From contig CM052817.1 of the NCBI GenBank assembly GCA_028534125.1, forward strand, positions 99,512,001 to 99,576,000: a stretch of 64,000 nucleotides of DNA, in the 5' to 3' direction. The DNA is from Lama glama. Taxonomy: Eukaryota. The notes under the pieces are model-generated. The model made no database searches. It was given only the letters and a program-made list of their open reading frames with translations, and had not been told where the DNA came from. The translations under genes were made by a program, and so were the position numbers. Shown here piece after piece: positions 1-13,096 of the stretch (position 1 is its first letter; every line of letters starts with the position of its first letter).

Positions 1-2975
1 ATACAATCTCAGAGGGAGCATCCCATCACTTCTGCCATACCCTGCTTGTTAGAATTGAGTCACTTGGTCCAGCCCACAGGATTATACATACACATTGAAC
101 ATCAGGAGCAGGAGGCACTAAGACTGCCTATTTCAGTTGTGAACACCCATCTCTCTACAAATGTAGCCTAAGATTGCATAATGGTTTCATGCCAATGGTT
201 CATGTTAAACGTCTAGTCAATTAAAACACAAAGTTTCTGTTTGTTTGTTTTACAAAGCCATTGATTTTGCACTTAATCTTTGGACCTTAAGGACAGGAGT
301 TATGTCTGACATTTAATTGTCTCTAACATATTTTTAGAAGTTACCTCCTATATACTATAATTTAAATCCCTGTTAGAGAAGAGGGAGGCTTTGAAGACAC
401 ATTTTTCAGATGTCCATCAATTTACTTTCAGTAACTCCTGTGGTATCTCCTGAGGGCTAGGGGGTTTAAAGTAGTATTGTGAGTAAGTGTAATGTCTTAT
501 TAAGCCTCAGAGTTCTTATAAAACTTGATAAACATTCTTTATTAAATTAATACAGGATGACTATAAATATATCTGTGTTGGTCTCCACGGGCATTTTCAA
601 TGTCTGAATACCCAAGCCTTGCAAGAACTAAACAGGAGTTCATGTCTATTCTACTTTCTATTTCTTTGAGTTATTTAAAGCCACTGTTATTTATGATAAA
701 AAATCTTATTTTTCTAAACCAAAATAAAATTAACATTACATATAATCCCCACTTAGAGATTTTGTTCTTCTCATTTGCTTTCTAATTAAAGGGTTTTAGT
801 GTATAAAGAGAACATACAAAGAAAAAATTATACAGTTAATTTTTAGACTAAAGAGACAGTATATTTCATTACATTTAAAAAATAAGGAATTAAAAAACAT
901 ATTTCATGTTATAATCTTGTCTCCTTCAGTTTCTAAATAATTCCTTTTCCCTTTACAGAGAAAAGAGCACCTAAAAATAAATATGAATAAAATGACATCT
1001 TTAAATGTTGTAAGTGTGTTGTACTGGTTTTTTAAAATATGAAATAAACATCTTTTGAATGGCTATTTTTAGTAGCATAATACAGCTGTGTACTGTAAAT
1101 TAAGGGAATGCATTTCAAGTTAGGAATCACTGGTTTGATTCAGAAATCCAATCAAAATCAAATCATGTAAGTTTTTGGTAAGTGGGAGAAATAAAGAGCT
1201 TTCAAATTTGTTTCTTTTTCTTCAACAGGAAGAATTATTTTATTAAGAGTCAGAAGGCCTGGACTCCTGACATGGTGGTGCCTCTACGGTGTGACCTTAC
1301 ACCAGTTATTGATTTCTCTATTATCTTGGTTACTGGTCTGTGAAAGGAAGTGGCTGGACCAAAGTTTCTTTCAGATTTCAAAGTTTCTGATTCTGTGAAT
1401 TTCCTACTGTTCTCAGTGTCTTTTCTGATAATTTCAATTTCAAAGTAGAGAAGGGAAGCATAGGCAAATGAAGTGTGCATCTGGGTGCTGGGCCACAGCT
1501 ATACTTGGGAATTTTCATTCATTTTTCTTAAAGATAGTTTTTTTAACAGCAGTTTAAGGTTTGTAATAAAATAATATACCCCTCACCCTGCACATGCATA
1601 GCCTCTCCTATTATCAATACCATCCACTAGAATGCTACATTTTTACCACAGATGAACCTACATTAACACATAATCACCTAAAGCCTGCAGTTTACTTTAG
1701 GGTTCAATCTTGGTTTTGTACATTCTATGGGTTTGGACAAAAGTATAATGACATAAATTTATCATTATAATACCAGATAAGAGTATTTTCACTGCCCTAA
1801 AATCATTCATCTTTTTAAAAAATGTCATTGTTTGGATTATAAAATGCGTAATCTAAATGAGAAGTTCACATATTTCAGAAATGTATATTTCAGAAAATAA
1901 AAGTTAACCATAACCACTCCTAGAAGAAATCTGATGGTTTTTTGCACAAACCTCTAGGTTTTAAATGCATATTTTAACCCACATATTAATTAATTCTAAC
2001 CTAACATAAATATTTACTGAGCACCTATTAGGTACTCAGATTATATAAAATCATATAAATATTAATTTTAGAGAACTGCAATTGCATTATTCATCCAATA
2101 TACATTATTCAAACCACTTTCTTTTTTCACCTAATGAGGAATCTTGGAATATTACATGGTTTTCTGTTGCCCCTTTAATGGATTACTGGGTTATTTTCAA
2201 TTTTTATCATAATGAGTAAACTTTCAGTGACTATTCTTGTGATTGCATCTTCACACACTTGTGAAAATATTTCTCTAAGATAGATTCTTTGAAATAGAAT
2301 TGCAGCATTAGAAGGTATACATCTTTAAAATTATAATCAGGAAATAATTTCTCTTTGTTACATTAATGTATACTTCATTAATTTTTGGTAAGGTTGAGCA
2401 TCTTTTCATAAATTCATTTGACCTTCTTCCATGATTCATTATCTATGGGACCCTCATCTGCACTTAATAAAGAATGGTGACAAATTTAATAAATGAAAAA
2501 CTTAATTGGAACTTAAATGTCTCCCTTTTAAAAAGTCCTACTTAAAAAAAGAGACAGAGACTGAATTCTCTGGACAACTTACACTTTGTTCCTTTTGAAA
2601 TCTCTTTGACAGTCTGGAAACAAATTGGCTGGCACAAATTAAATATGAGTGCTAATTCTGACTCCACCCCCAGTCAGTGGCAATAAATATGCTATTATTT
2701 TAATTGTACCCTTCACTGCCTCAAGGACATTTAGAGAGATCTCCAGGGGTAGCTAACTTGTTATTTCAATGCAGAGAACAGTAAGGAAAAAACAAATAAA
2801 TGTGTAAATCATGGCGAAAATATTTAAGAGAGTAAAATGTGAATTTGGATATGATTCATCACTGTTGTCAGTCATATTTTTCTATATACTTCTTGCTTTG
2901 ATCCTAAACTTATTTCTAGAATTAAAATTTTGTTACAATGCAATAACAGAACCTGAATAGAAAATTGAATTGGTT

Positions 2976-3151
2976 TTTTTGAAATTTTCTTTTTGCAGGG
3001 GAGGTAATTAGGTTTACTTATTTCTCTAATTTACATTCTTTTTTTATGAAGTATAGTTATTTATTAATTTTTTTAATGGCAGTACTGGGGATTGAACCTA
3101 GGACCTCACGCATGCTAGGCATGTGCTCTACCACTGAGTTATACCCTCCCC
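2976..3151 (-). mobile_element. tRNA-Ala-derived SINE (camelid Vic-1 type)
   Basis: Reverse complement reads GGGGAGGGTATAACTCAGTGGTAGAGCACATGCCTAGCATGCGTGAGGTCCTAGGTTCAATCCCCAGT, followed by AAACCTAATTACCTCCCC and an A-rich tail; A and B boxes present. Confidence 0.85.
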
Positions 3152-3164
3152 ACCAAATTGCTTT

Positions 3165-4500
3165 TTTATTGAGATATAATTTACATATCATACAATTCAG
3201 TAATTTTAGTATACTCAGAGTTATGCACCATCATCATTACCTAATTTGAGAACCTTTTTGTCAACCCCCAAAATAAATCCCATATTCATTAGCAGTTACT
3301 TCTTGTTTCTCTGTCTCCCCACACACCTGGCAAACACAAATCTATTTTTTAACTCAGTGAATTTACCTATTCTGGAAATGTCATATAAACGGAATCATAC
3401 AGCTTGTGGCCTTTTGTGTCTGGCTTTTTTCACTTAACATAGTGTTTTCAAGGTTCATCCATGTGTAGCCTGTATCAATACTTCATCCATTTCACAACCT
3501 GTCTTAGTCACCTGAGGGTGTCATAACAAAATACCATAGACTGGGTTCCTTAAACAACAGACACTTATTTTTCATAGTTCTGGAAGCTGTGAAGTCCAAG
3601 ATCAGGATGCTGGAAGATTTGCTTTTTGTTGAGGGCCCTCTTCCTGGGCTTGCAATCAGCCAGCTTTAATGGAGAGAGCATGTACTAGTGTCTCTTCATT
3701 TTCTTATAAGGACACCAGTCCCATCATGGGGGATCTACTCTCACAACTTCATCTAACTCTAATTACCTCTCAAAGGCCCCACTTCCTAAGACCGTCACAC
3801 TTAGGGTAAGGGCTTCAACCTATCAGTCTGGGGGGGTGGACACAAAGATTCAGTCTCTAACATGACCCAATAATATTCCAATGTGTGGAAATACCACATT
3901 TAGTTTATCCATTCATTAGTTGACAGGTATATATTTGTTCCCACTTTTTTGCTCTTATGAATAATGCTGCTAGGAACACTTGTGTACAAGTTTTGTGTGG
4001 ACACGTTTTTGGTTCTATTGGGTATATACCTAGAAGTAGAATTACTAGCTCATATAATAACTCATCTAATAATTCGAGGAACTGTCAATCTGATTTCCCA
4101 AATGGCTGCACCATTTTACAATACTGTCAGCAATATATTAGGATTCTGATTTCTCAAAATCTTCACCAACACTTGTTATTGTCTGTCTCTTTTATTATAA
4201 CCATTTATTCTAGTAGGTGTGAAGTGGTATCTCATTGTGGTTTTGATTTGCATTTCCCTAATGATGACTAATGTTGAGTGTCTTTTCACGTGCTTATTGG
4301 TCATTTGTGCATCTTCTTTAGAGAAATGTCTATGTGAATCCTTTGCCCATTTTAATTGGGTTATTTGTCTTTAAGTGTAAGAATTCTTTATATATTCTGG
4401 ATACAAATCCTTTATCAGATTTATGATTTACAAATATTTTCTCCCATTCTTCGGGATGTCTTTTTACTTTCTTGATAGTGTCATTTGAAGCACAAAATTT
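3165..4500 (-). mobile_element. Old LINE-1 (L1M) 3' fragment, interrupted by a MaLR LTR
   Basis: Typical antisense L1 3' motifs (tatacctagaagtagaattact, gtgtgaagtggtatctcattgtggttttgatttgcatttccctaatga); boundaries approximate. Confidence 0.8.
3500..3862. mobile_element. MaLR (MLT1-type) solo LTR nested in L1
   Basis: TG...CA ends (tgtcttagt...cagtctctaaca); MLT1 motifs ataacaaaataccatagactggg, cttataaggacacc, ctaattacctctcaaaggcccc; L1 resumes on both sides. Confidence 0.8.
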
Positions 4501-7500
4501 TTTAAATAAAAAGCAATGATAAATTGCTTTTTAAAAAAGTCTTTGGAGATCTGGATCCAGAATAATGTTTTCCTAACACATAATGAATAGTTTCATAGAA
4601 TTGTATAGCAGGTGGGAAAGTAATTCAGGAGTGCATTATGAAAAGTATAAGAGAACCTAATTGATAATTAATTAAAAGGAAGAATATTTTGATGGGTAGG
4701 AAATTAAATTTCACATGGTTAATATATAAGAAAAAAGGCTCTGTAATATATTTTGACTTCTTTTCACATGTGTACAGGCACATAAAGCAGATTTCAAGAA
4801 ACTATTTTATAAACACAAGCCAGAGAAAAGTCTGTGCTTATCACTAAACCTGACTAAGTGGAACTGAAGCAAAATCAGAGCTGATTACTCAAGTTAATGG
4901 GTTGGTGCCTATAAATGACATATAGCTGTATCACAGAAGTTATTAACTTGATATACTGAACTATCACTCATAATATTTAATTAACAAAAGTTGCTCTTGA
5001 AATAAACTTCTCTGATTAATTTCTTCTCTCTCTTTGGAATCTTTGATAGTTAACAAAACTAAATATAATACACATCTGAAACTTTTACAATAGTTCACGC
5101 AGAGCATACAAAGGTAACAGCTTATAAATTTTGCTTAAGAAGGAAAATGAGCATAAGAAACTACAATTCACTACTGTAGTCACTCCTGCTAAAAGACTTC
5201 TCCAATGTATTTTGGGCTATTCAATTTCATCTTGTAAATATATTTTACCATGCTTTAAAAGAACCTTGAAGACCCTGGAAGTCAGAGAAGGAATGAATAT
5301 GGAATTCAGGGAGGCAGGGAGATTTAAACAACAGGGGAGCTGGTGAAGGTAAACTTGGAAGTAAGCTCTTCAACGTGTGTCAGTAACAGGTAAGAAGAAA
5401 GGCCATATGGAGCCAGAAACCTAGTCAAGCAGTCCATCAAAAGAGTTCAGAACTTAAGCAGAGTTTAAGTAATAGATACTGGCACAAAGAGTGCATGCCA
5501 TCTTAATACCTGGGAACTTTTAAATGCTTCCTGTTAAGGAAAGAATTAAATTCTCAAACCTGGCCCAAGTTTGCAGTGGAGGTCAGTGGAGTACCAGGCT
5601 GGAAGGAAGAGAAGAGCAGTTTTTGACATAAACTAATCCTGACAAGACATTGAGGGCTGGGTACCTGGGGGAATTTCTAAAATTTTGGAGCCATGTATAT
5701 TCTCCAGAGGATTCTCTAACTTTGCTAGAAAATCAGGATGAGTCAAATAAAGCATTTTACCAGCATCCAGGGAAAATCAGTGTTACCAAGTGGCACTGAC
5801 ATTCAGTAGATCATTAGAATGGTTTGGCTGCAAATAATTAATAAAACCCATTCACACTGTGAATAATATTCAAACAATAAGGAAACATACTGTGTCATAC
5901 AACAAGGAAGTTCAGAGGTAGGACAAGGTTGCATTACAGTATCACAAATGATCCAAGGCTTTTTCATCTTTTAATCTGTCATCCTTCATGCTGTCATCCT
6001 TCAGACAACAGTTTCATCCTCAGGCAAGAGAAAGATGACAGCAAAAATTTGGGGCATCATAACCCAGACAAGCCAATATCTTGAGAAAGAAGACCACTCT
6101 TAGGAGTGAGGAAGTATTTCTAAGAACACTGGCACAAGTGGTCACACACCCAATCTGGATCCAATGACTGACAAGGGAATAGGATAACCATGACTGGTCA
6201 TCTGGACTGGATTGATGTCAGAGCCACTATTTATACTAATACTTTGCTTTTGTTGGGATTTCCTCAGTTTCCTCTTAAATTGTCTGTAAGTTATTATAAG
6301 TTATAATTATTGACAGATATCACTAGAGATGTATTACTTAATCTTTTTGCACATCATTTTGGTAAAGAACTTTTTTCTTCACCCAAGCTATGAATCGTAA
6401 CCGAGGTACTACTGACCTCCTGTGATGGTTTGGAAGGAAACAGAAATCCGATAAACTTGTAAACCAAACTTATAAAGTGGTGAAAACTGCCTGGGAGAGA
6501 AATGAATTAACATTAATGGGAGCACACACATGTGAAACAGTTTAATCACATGTAAATCAGTGTGATTAAGGTTTAGAATTAATGGTATAAATATTATTGA
6601 ACTCAAGGGAGCAGGGGATGTGAGAGGGGACACTGTGACCTGTCTAGATCCTGGAAAGACAGGTATTTAAATTATACAATGACACTTATCTAGCATCACA
6701 ATGAAGACTGCAAAGACCAAGGAATCCAGGGGTGACGAGTGAAGAGTCACAGTGTCCCTGTCAGTCAGCAGGCCTGGGTGAACTGTGCCACAGACGCAAC
6801 CAGAAAGGGTCTATAACTTTCATTCTTAAAAGAGGTAAAGAAGTTAAAGAAGTTCAAGTCCCACCAAAGATCACTATTTCCAGGCACCCAAATTCACTAG
6901 CAGATTTGCTTTTTCATTCCTGGCAGGCCAAACAAAAGTGTTGACAGAGTTGCAAGCCATTAAACAGTGCAAAATTCCTGAATGAAAGCACCCAAACCAA
7001 TTTTTTAAAGGAAGGTTATTTTCTATATGTGTTAAAGGGAAAAACCTCTGAGGGTACAAATCCTAAAGTGAAAGAAAAATACAACAAAATGTAAGGACCC
7101 AATTTTTCCCCCTTGACATACTCTAATTGATTCCATTAAGACATCTACTTGTAGCAGTGGTATTCAAAGTTTTCTGATCATAATGCACAGGAAGAATTAC
7201 ATTTTACATGATGGCCCAACACACATACACACATTTTATATTTTTAAAAAACTGAAACAGAAACTCATAAAACAATAGTTAAACTAAGTACATTCTAGTT
7301 GTATTCCATTTCATTTAAAAACAAATGTTGCCTGACACTCACTAAATTGATTCCATGACCTACTAATGGGTCTGACCTGCAGTTTGGAAAACATTGTGCT
7401 AAGGTAAATGGATAAGGAGCCCCTGGGTCCCTTAATACAAATCACATCTCTGCTCATCCAGAGCAGACAGTGGAGGGCAGGAGACCAGCGGCGGACAGTG

Positions 7501-8956
7501 GTGAGAAGTGCTGGGCTGCTTAATCCCCAACCTTGATTCTGTAACCTCTGGTCTAAGGTAGAAAGAGCTCCTCTCTTAACTTCCTGTGGCTTAATTAAGT
7601 CAAGCTGAAACATTTCAGTAAGATTTTACGAAAGGCCGAGGGATGACAAGAGGCAAATGAACAAGCGTAACATGAGCCTAGATGATTTTTGCTAAAATAA
7701 GACTCATCTTCAGCTTTGGTGCCTAGGCCTGGCTGCCTCCCAGCTGCAGAGGTCATCCTTTTTTTTCCCCTAGGAGGGCCTCAAAATAAATTCTCAAGAA
7801 AACAATAGAGTAACTCCCAGCCAAATACCTGCAGTTCCCCCTCCTGGCCGTCTAGGTCCCACCTCCTCTCTGGAAAAGGCCAGCTCCTTGGGCTCTCACC
7901 CCTAACCTCAGGAGTGTGACCTTGCCCTGTGGCTTTATCTTTCTGAGATGATAATGCAACAGCTTAAAATCTTGGAAGGGATGTACATAAAGAAATCTTT
8001 TTGTGAGTTCCCAAAGGACTGATTAAAATGAATACGTTAAAACTTCCCAAAAGTGAGTTAAGTTCACCCTGACCCTTCTGAAAGAAGAGACACATGATTA
8101 GAGCATCAAAAACACCATGCTTCTCAATTTCAACTTTTTTTTTCCTTCTTGAGAACACAGGCTTTGGAGATAGGTGTGAAGTCCAACCCACCTCACCTTC
8201 AAGGACAGGTTTCTTATTCTCGGAACCCCAGTTTACCCATCCATAAGAAGGACCTAAGTAGTACTCACTTCACAAGTCTGTAAAGAAGATTAGGTGAGCT
8301 AATGAGAAAATATGTATGATTCACCTAAACAATGATCAGGACACGGCAGTTGCTGCTTATCTGAGGCCAGTTGGATATAGACTAAAAAAACCAAACACTG
8401 TCAACTCCTTGCTTAACAACAACAAAAAGTCCTAGGCTGCCTGCTATTTCCTGGCCTGATGTTTTGTTTGGGGAAACTCTAGATATGCCTGTATCTAGAA
8501 GGATGCTGCTATGTATAGACTGGTCTGCTAACTCTTGCTGTAACAGAAGTCTAGTTGTAGGTGCAGTAGATCTATAAAAGACAGAAGGGCAAATACAGGC
8601 TTTTATGTTTCTTTCCATTCCCACCATGCCCAATTTAGAACCTCAAGGGGCTCAAGACCACTAAGAGGCCTCATGCCTCAGTCACTCTCTCTCCAGTGAA
8701 GCTTGTGATGCCAGATGGATTTCCTAAAGCACAGTTCTGAATGTGTCACTTCATTGCTCAATAAATTACCTTGGCTCCCCGTTAACCCACTACAGCTAAC
8801 TCTAAACTGTGTATTTTGGTATTTGGCATACTATAAGCAGGAAAGTTTCTAATTTGCTTTTGTTTTGTGAAATAAAATTCATATTCTATGGCAGGACAAG
8901 AAAAATTTTAAGTAAACATCTTTATGTTTGGCCTCTTTCCACTCTCCTGTGCGTTG

Positions 8957-9320
8957 TGTATCTGCATTTTGCATCGACCAAACCTCCCTCAATCGGCAGA
9001 AATACCTGCTCAACCCCAAAGAGCAACATTCTCCTAATATCTACAAGACAACTCTTTAAAAGATAACATTCCTTTTTGATCTTGTAAGAGGTCACAGTGA
9101 CCCACCATTTGGTACTTGCAGATCTGGATTGTGTAAACTGCCAATTAGCGCACAGCCTTCTCTGTCTCAAAAAAGCTTACATAACTGTTTTGGCCTTTAA
9201 CAGGCGGAACAGTTCTCAGAGCTTTTTGAGAGGCTATTTCCGGGTTGTAATCCTCAACCTGACTCAAGTAAAATTTTCCATTTCTTTCTTTCCTAGAGTG
9301 GCTGATTAATTTTTTTGACA
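8957..9320 (+). mobile_element. Solo LTR, ERV1-like
   Basis: Begins TGTA and ends GACA, flanked by a 4-bp direct repeat GTTG (8953-8956, 9321-9324); AGTAAA-like polyA signal near the 3' end. Confidence 0.6.
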
Positions 9321-9371
9321 GTTGTTTAAAAACATTTAAAAATCCATTTTTATTGTTGAAGTCAGTTTGCT

Positions 9372-9515
9372 TTCTTTTTGGTTTGGTTTTGTTATTTTGT
9401 ATTTGGAGGGGGTAATTAGTTTGTTTATCTATTTATTTTAATGGAGGTACTGGGATTGAACCCAGGACCTCGAGCATGCTAAGCACATGCTCTACCACTG
9501 AGCTATACCCTCCCC
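9372..9515 (-). mobile_element. tRNA-Ala-derived SINE (Vic-1 type)
   Basis: Reverse complement reads GGGGAGGGTATAGCTCAGTGGTAGAGCATGTGCTTAGCATGCTCGAGGTCCTGGGTTCAATCCCAGTACCTCCA plus an A-rich tail. Confidence 0.85.
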
Positions 9516-12039
9516 AAGTTAGCTTTTTTTTATTAGAAATGTTTTATTTCTTAAACTGGATGGCAGGTAAATGGGTTTTGTTTTCATCACTGTTACTGTG
9601 GTAAAATATACTAAAAAAATGAACCGTTAGTGACATTTAGTGTATTCGCAATGTTATGCAACCATCACCACTATCTAGTTCCTGGATATTTTCACCATCC
9701 TGAAAGGAAATTTTGTACCCATTATCAGTCATTCCTCATTTCTCTCTCCCCTTGCCCCCAGCCTGGGGAACCACTAATCAGTTCTACATCTTTAAGGATT
9801 TGCCAGCTCTGGTTATTTCAATAAATGGAATCATATTTGGCCTTTTGTGTCTGGATTCTTTTGCTTAGCAAAATATTTACAAGATTCCCTATGTTGTAGC
9901 ATGTACCATTCTTTTTTGTTGGCTGAATAATACTCTACTGTATGGATATACCATCTTTTGTTTCTCCATTTATCTGTTGATGTAACTTTGGGTCATTCCC
10001 ACCTTTTGGCTATTGTGAACAGTGCTGCTATGAATATTTGTGAGCAAGTTTTGGCTTTCAGTTCTTTAGGTTATATACCCAGGAGTGGAATTGCCAGATC
10101 ATATGGAAACTCTAACAGTTTGAAAAGCTGCCAATCTATTTTGCAAAGTGACTGCACCATTTTACATTCCTACCAGCAGTGAGTGTAAAAATGTTCTGAT
10201 TTCTCAGCATCCTCACCAATATTTGTTATTATCTGACTTTTTGATTACTATCATCCTAGTGGGTGTGAAGTATTATCTCATGGTGATTTTGACTTGCATT
10301 TCCCTAATGACTATCAATGTAATTCAGTTTTACATATGCTTCTTTTGGCCATTTGTATATCTTCTTTGGAAAAATGTCTACTCAGATCCTTTGTGCATTG
10401 TTAATTGGATTATCAGTCTTTAATACTGAGTTGATAGTTTCTATATATTCTAGATAAAATTCCCTTATCAAATATATGATTTGCAAATGTTTTCTCCCAT
10501 TCAGTGGATTATTTTTTCACTTTACTAATAGTGTCATTTGAAGTAGAAAAGTTTTTAATTTTGATGAAACCCAATTTGTCTATTTTTCATTTTGGTTCAT
10601 ACCTTTGGTGTCACAACTAAGAATCTATTGTCAAATTTGAGGTCAAGAAGACTTACTTCAATTATTTTGTGTTGTACAAATTTAGCTATTAAATTTAGAT
10701 TTTTGATCTATTTTTAGTTAATTTTTATATATGGTATTAGATAAGGATCCAACTTCATTCCTTCACATGTGACTATCCAGTTATCCCAGCATCATTTGCT
10801 GAAAAGACTATTCTTTCCCCACTGAATGGTCTTGGTACTCATTTTGAAAATCAGTTGACCATAGACACATGGGTTTATTTCTATTTATGTATTTATTTTG
10901 TACTTCTTTTATTAAATTTATTCCTAAGCATTTTATTCTTTTTGATGCCATTGTATGTAGAATTGTTTCTTAATTTCATTTTCTGACAGATCATTGCTAA
11001 TGTATAAAAATACTGATTCTTGTATATCAATCTTGCATTCTGCAACATAACTGTATTAGTGTAACAGCTTTAATTTTTTTTTTGAGGTATAGTCAGTTTA
11101 CAGTGTTGTGTCAATTTCTGGTGCACAGCATAGTGCTTCAGTTATACATGAATATACATATATTTGTTTTCATATTCTTTTTCACTGTAAGCTACTATAA
11201 GATATCAAATATAGTTCCCTGTGTTATACAGTATAAATTTGTTTATCTATTTTATATATACAAGTTAGTATCTGCAAATCTTGAACTCCCAGTTTATCTC
11301 TTCCCACCCCCTTTCCCACTGGTAACCATAAGTTTGTTTTCTATGTCTGTGAGTCTGTTTCTGTTTTATATATAAGTTCGTTTGTCTTTTTTTTTTTTTT
11401 TAGATTCCACATGTGAGTGATATCTTAAGGTATTTTTCTTTCTCTTTGTGGCTTACGTCATTTAGAATGACATTCTCCAGGGCTATTCATGTTGCTGCAA
11501 ATGGCATTATTTTATTCTTTTTCTGACTGAGTAGTATTCCATTGTATAAATATACCACAACTTCTTTATCCAGTCATCTGTCAATGGACATTTAGGTTGT
11601 TTCCCTGCCTTGGCTATTGTAAATAGTGCTGCTTCTCATTGTGTGTGTGTGTGTGCTTGTGCTTTTCATTTGATTTTCTCTATATAAGATCATGTCATCT
11701 GTGAATATGGCTTTACTTCTTTCTTTCCAATCTGAATTCTTTTCATTTCTTTTTCTTGCCTAATTCCCCTGCTAGACCCTCTAGCATAATATTGAGTAGA
11801 AGTAGCAAGAATGGACTTCCTTGTCTTATTTCTGAACTTTGAGGGGAATCATACAGTCTTTTACATTTAAGTATACTCTTGGCTGTGGACTTTTCATGGG
11901 TGCTCTTTATCAGGCTGAGGTATTTCCTCTCTATTCCTATTTGTTTCTATCATGAAAAGGTGTTGGACTTTGTCAAGGCTTTTTCTGCATGTATTGAGAT
12001 GATCATGTAGTTTTTGATTTTTTTAAATTAAAGTACAGA

Positions 12040-12147
12040 GGGGATGGGATAGCTCAGTGGTAGAGTGCATGCTTAGGATGCATGAGGTCCTGGGTTCAAG
12101 CCCCGGTACCTCCATTCAATAAACCTAATTACCCCCCTAAAATAAAC
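12040..12147 (+). mobile_element. tRNA-Ala-derived SINE (Vic-1 type) with TSD
   Basis: ggggatgggatagctcagtggtagagtgcatgcttaggatgcatgaggtcctgggttcaagccccggtacctcca; flanking repeats aaattaaagtaca (12025-12037) and aaattaaagtata (12148-12160). Confidence 0.85.
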
Positions 12148-13052
12148 AAATTAAAGTATAACTGATTTACAATATTGTGTTAGATTCAGGTGTACAGCAA
12201 AGTGATTCAGTTTTACATATATATGTATATCTATATTTTTTCAATTCATTTCCATTATAATTACAAGATATTGAATATAGTTCCCTATGCTATACCATAA
12301 ATCCTTGTTATCTATTTTATATATCATAGTATGCATCTGTTAATTGCCTACTCCCAATTTATCCTTCCATCTCCCTTTCCCTTTGATAAACATAATTTGT
12401 TTTCTATGCTATGAGTCTGTTTCTGTTTTGTCTTTTTTTCCCCTAATTGTATACTTAGACTTTATCTTCAGAAAGAAATGGTATATGGTACATCTGGGTA
12501 TGAAGAAAGATCAGGTCATTTTTTTCATACTCAGAACTCTACGGTTATTCCTCCACAGTAGAGTTCTAGCAGTCTGTCAGCCTTCTAGCAACAAATTCTA
12601 TGGAGATACCATCACAGAATCATCTATAGAATCCATTTCCTCCTCTCTACTTTCACTGCTACCATCTCCTGAACAAGCCTAGTAATTTTTTGAGATTGGA
12701 TTCATCAAATTGTAAGGGCTTAGAACCTCGTATCTTTTTTTTTAAATTGATCAATAGTTGACTTATAATATTGTGTTAGTTTCAGTTGTATAGCAAAAGT
12801 GATTCCATTTTACATATATATAAATGTCCCCTTTGGTAACCATAAATTCGTTTTCTATGTCTGTGAGTTTATTTCTGTTTTATAAAGAGGTTCATTTGTA
12901 TTTTTCTAGTTTCCACATGTAAGTGATAACATATGATATTTGTCTTTCTGTCTGACTTACTTCACTTAATATGATAATTTCTAGGTCCATTCATGTTGCT
13001 GCAAAGGGTATTATTTCATTCTTTTTTAATGGCTGAGTAATATTCTGTTGTG

Positions 13053-13096
<44 letters not shown>
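13053..13096. repeat. (TA)n microsatellite
   Basis: Visible TA run with one CA interruption. Confidence 0.9.

Noticed and set aside
1250..1275. WTPD resembling Cys-loop receptor loop A
   Set aside because: No Cys-loop or TM segments in neighbouring remnants; a four-residue match is uninformative.
12040..12115. tRNA-like sequence (also near 3080-3151, 9441-9515 and 47240-47313)
   Set aside because: Shared non-tRNA tail, TSDs and divergent stems show these are SINE heads, not tRNA genes.
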